Below are positions 46,364 to 48,102 of a stretch of DNA of 48,102 nucleotides, in pieces. Location: positions 1 to 48,102 of IMG/VR virus record IMGVR_UViG_3300030330_000641; one strand, 5' to 3'. Origin of the DNA: a virus. Taxonomy: Duplodnaviria > Caudoviricetes. The position numbers and the translations under genes were made by a program. The notes under the pieces are model-generated. The model did no database searches, was not told the DNA's origin, and was given only the letters and a program-made list of their open reading frames with translations. Positions within the stretch are counted from its first letter, which is position 1. Every line of letters begins with the position of its first letter.

Positions 46364-46771
46364 TTATTTTACCAGTTTGTACTGGATAACCCTGTTAAAT
46401 GGTTTATCACAATCAGAAGAGAGCAAGCCGTTCTCTTTTGCTATTGTATATTGTTTATTCCTATATCGTAAGCCGTCCTGTACTCTTAGAAGAAAGTCTT
46501 TCTCTTCATCTGTAAAATATTCAAAGTCATTGCAATCTTCTAAAGCACCATAAACGGCAAGCAATTCTTTAACAGTCATGTTTTCAATTTTACGCCTGTT
46601 GAAGTTATCACAATAAGCAAAAGCACTGTGAAAACTTGCAATGGCGTCATCTAAAGATTCGCACCTTGTGGGTGAAATACCCAAGTTTCTGTGTAGATAC
46701 CTAGAAAATAATGTCTCTGTGTAACTATCAAACTCATTTCTTATTTCTTTATTTCTATTTTTATCAACCAT
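46364..46771 (-). CDS. Hypothetical early-type protein (135 aa)
   Basis: CAGGAG RBS, with its own promoter-like element and terminator. Confidence 0.7.
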   Translation of the reverse strand: MVDKNRNKEIRNEFDSYTETLFSRYLHRNLGISPTRCESLDDAIASFHSAFAYCDNFNRRKIENMTVKELLAVYGALEDCNDFEYFTDEEKDFLLRVQDGLRYRNKQYTIAKENGLLSSDCDKPFNRVIQYKLVK

Positions 46772-46801
46772 AATTTTCTCCTGTAATTGGTTTATAAATT
46801 C

Positions 46802-46830
46802 AAGTTAATTTGATTTGTTTACTGGGTCAA
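46802..46830 (-). promoter_or_regulatory. Promoter-like element overlapping the upstream terminator tail
   Basis: TTGACC-N17-TAACTT. A related sequence occurs at 46180-46207. Confidence 0.5.
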
Positions 46831-46831
46831 G

Positions 46832-46863
46832 AAAAAACCCCCTAAGAAATTAATCAAAGGGGG
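46832..46863 (-). terminator. Intrinsic terminator after the 104-aa gene
   Basis: CCCCCTTTGATTAATTTCTTAGGGGG-TTTTTT. Confidence 0.75.
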
Positions 46864-46890
46864 CTACAGGGGAAATACTGAAGTAGGCAA

Positions 46891-47205
46891 TTAGTCGTCT
46901 TGCTTACCTTGTTTCTTTCTATGCAAGCTCTCAGCATATGCCTTTACTTTGGCAAAGTCCTCTTCTGATAGAATTTCCTCATCCTTTCGCACTTCCTTGT
47001 CCAGTTCCATTAATGTCCTAGAAACATGCTCAGTGACATTAAAAGACAATTCGTTGAATGTGCCCATGATTGCAATTTGACTGGCAATATGACAACTTTC
47101 AAACTCTCCGCTCATCCAAGTCTGTAATCTTTTCATTATGTCAAGGAATGTATCTTGAGATTTTTTCTCTGCTTTAGTCTGTGGTCTATTCCTAGCACCA
47201 GTCAT
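46891..47205 (-). CDS. Hypothetical protein (104 aa)
   Basis: GGAGG RBS and ATGA overlap with the upstream gene. Confidence 0.7.
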   Translation of the reverse strand: MTGARNRPQTKAEKKSQDTFLDIMKRLQTWMSGEFESCHIASQIAIMGTFNELSFNVTEHVSRTLMELDKEVRKDEEILSEEDFAKVKAYAESLHRKKQGKQDD

Positions 47206-47396
47206 TTTTTTATACCTCCAAATTCTTCAGTTAAATTGTCAATCATATAGTCAGTCTTTGCCTTGATACTCATCAAATCCTCGACGGCACTTTTAAGGGT
47301 GCTATTGTTTTCCATGATTGATTTGCCAATACACTCAAGACGATTTTTTATTGTCATGGTGTAAAGTTTCAGCTCATTTTTTTGTTCTAAAGTCAT
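47202..47396 (-). CDS. Hypothetical helical protein (64 aa)
   Basis: AAGGAG RBS. Confidence 0.7.
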   Translation of the reverse strand: MTLEQKNELKLYTMTIKNRLECIGKSIMENNSTLKSAVEDLMSIKAKTDYMIDNLTEEFGGIKK

Positions 47397-47429
47397 TAAT
47401 CACTCCTTATTGTTAAAAGATAAACCCCA

Positions 47430-47465
47430 ACAGGGCTATACCTAAAATGACCAGTACAGCCCTGT
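47430..47465 (-). other. 12-bp intergenic stem-loop
   Basis: ACAGGGCUGUAC-N12-GUAUAGCCCUGU (one G-U pair on the minus strand). No clean U-tract follows. Confidence 0.6.
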
Positions 47466-47492
47466 AAATGCCTGAGATTAGCTCATACATAA

Positions 47493-48102
47493 CTAACTAG
47501 CCAATTCAGTAAATAAAGGACTATCGATTGCCTTCAATACTCGACCTTCTCGTCTTAGTCTCGTCTCGTGCATTTTGCCCTTTTTTTGGTGCATAGTTTT
47601 AATTTGCCCTTCTTCATTTTCATAACTATCTAAGGAAGTGCCAGCGTGCGTTGACCAGTTTGTCAAGGCATTGTAAAGGGTGTATAAGTTTCTGCTCATA
47701 CCAGTCTTTAACTCTTCCTCCCATTTATGAATAAGAAAGCCCAACTCTTTTTGATTATACTGTTTTTCAATGTCTTCATCATTGTCGACTGCTGTTTGTA
47801 ATTGAACATTGTCAGCAAGTTTTTTCTTACATAGCACTTCTTTAAAGAAATGAATTACCTGCTCATCAGTCACCTTTGTATTGAGCCACCTTCTAAAAAC
47901 ATCACCTTGATTTGCAAAGTTGGAAACAGCATTTTTAATTTTGCTTACTTCCTCTTTATAATCGAATCCTGAGGTATGTTTTTTCATAGCGTAATATTGC
48001 CTTTCGCCACCGAATACCATTGAATTGCGGCAATAATCACGATAAGCACCAGTAAACACTTGAAATTTCCATGATGAGTTTGTTGAGTTCAATACATCGA
48101 TT
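47493..48102 (-). CDS. DUF932-like protein, 5'-truncated by the window edge
   Basis: NSTNSSW...GAYRDYCRNSMV...KHT...NLYTLYNALTNWSTH pattern. The frame appears to run off the window. Confidence 0.65.
   Translation of the reverse strand, partial: IDVLNSTNSSWKFQVFTGAYRDYCRNSMVFGGERQYYAMKKHTSGFDYKEEVSKIKNAVSNFANQGDVFRRWLNTKVTDEQVIHFFKEVLCKKKLADNVQLQTAVDNDEDIEKQYNQKELGFLIHKWEEELKTGMSRNLYTLYNALTNWSTHAGTSLDSYENEEGQIKTMHQKKGKMHETRLRREGRVLKAIDSPLFTELAS

Noticed and set aside
1-48102. tRNA/rRNA genes, introns, inteins or an alternative genetic code
   Set aside because: I saw no cloverleaf or rRNA-like stretch. RNR, helicase, TerL and PolA show no intein-sized insertions. Genes pack tightly under the standard code, using all three stop codons.

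Overview
An AT-rich segment of a tailed dsDNA phage genome, most consistent with a marine podovirus of the HMO-2011 type. The main evidence is a family A DNA polymerase carrying a DnaJ-type CxxCxGxG zinc finger and motif B KAHTFAPLYG, a stand-alone SF4 helicase and an NrdJ-like RNR. Positions 1-9750 (+) hold the nucleotide-metabolism and replication module. Positions ~9850-45576 (-) form one long late/morphogenesis arm, in transcription order: small basic proteins, TerS, TerL, a 1012-aa tyrosine-recombinase fusion, portal, scaffold, capsid, adaptor, nozzle, tail fibre, putative internal virion proteins and a three-gene exported-protein cassette. Positions 45577-46363 are a non-coding control region with back-to-back near-consensus sigma70 promoters. 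Positions 46364-48102 (-) hold small early-type genes with repeated terminator/promoter units. The most unusual items are: (1) a catalytically intact tyrosine recombinase domain fused to ~770 aa of unknown sequence between TerL and portal; (2) several apparent structured RNAs (tandem hairpins with an identical CUAC/CC internal loop before the scaffold gene, a pseudoknotted late 5' leader, and a ~70-nt promoter-to-terminator sRNA); (3) a shared hydrophobic-x-x-GG motif across head-module proteins; (4) a signal-peptide/NIDO-like exported cassette; (5) a split or frameshifted DNA polymerase. I saw no tRNA, rRNA, CRISPR array, RNA polymerase, primase or recognisable endolysin. All family assignments come from motif recognition by eye, with no database searches.
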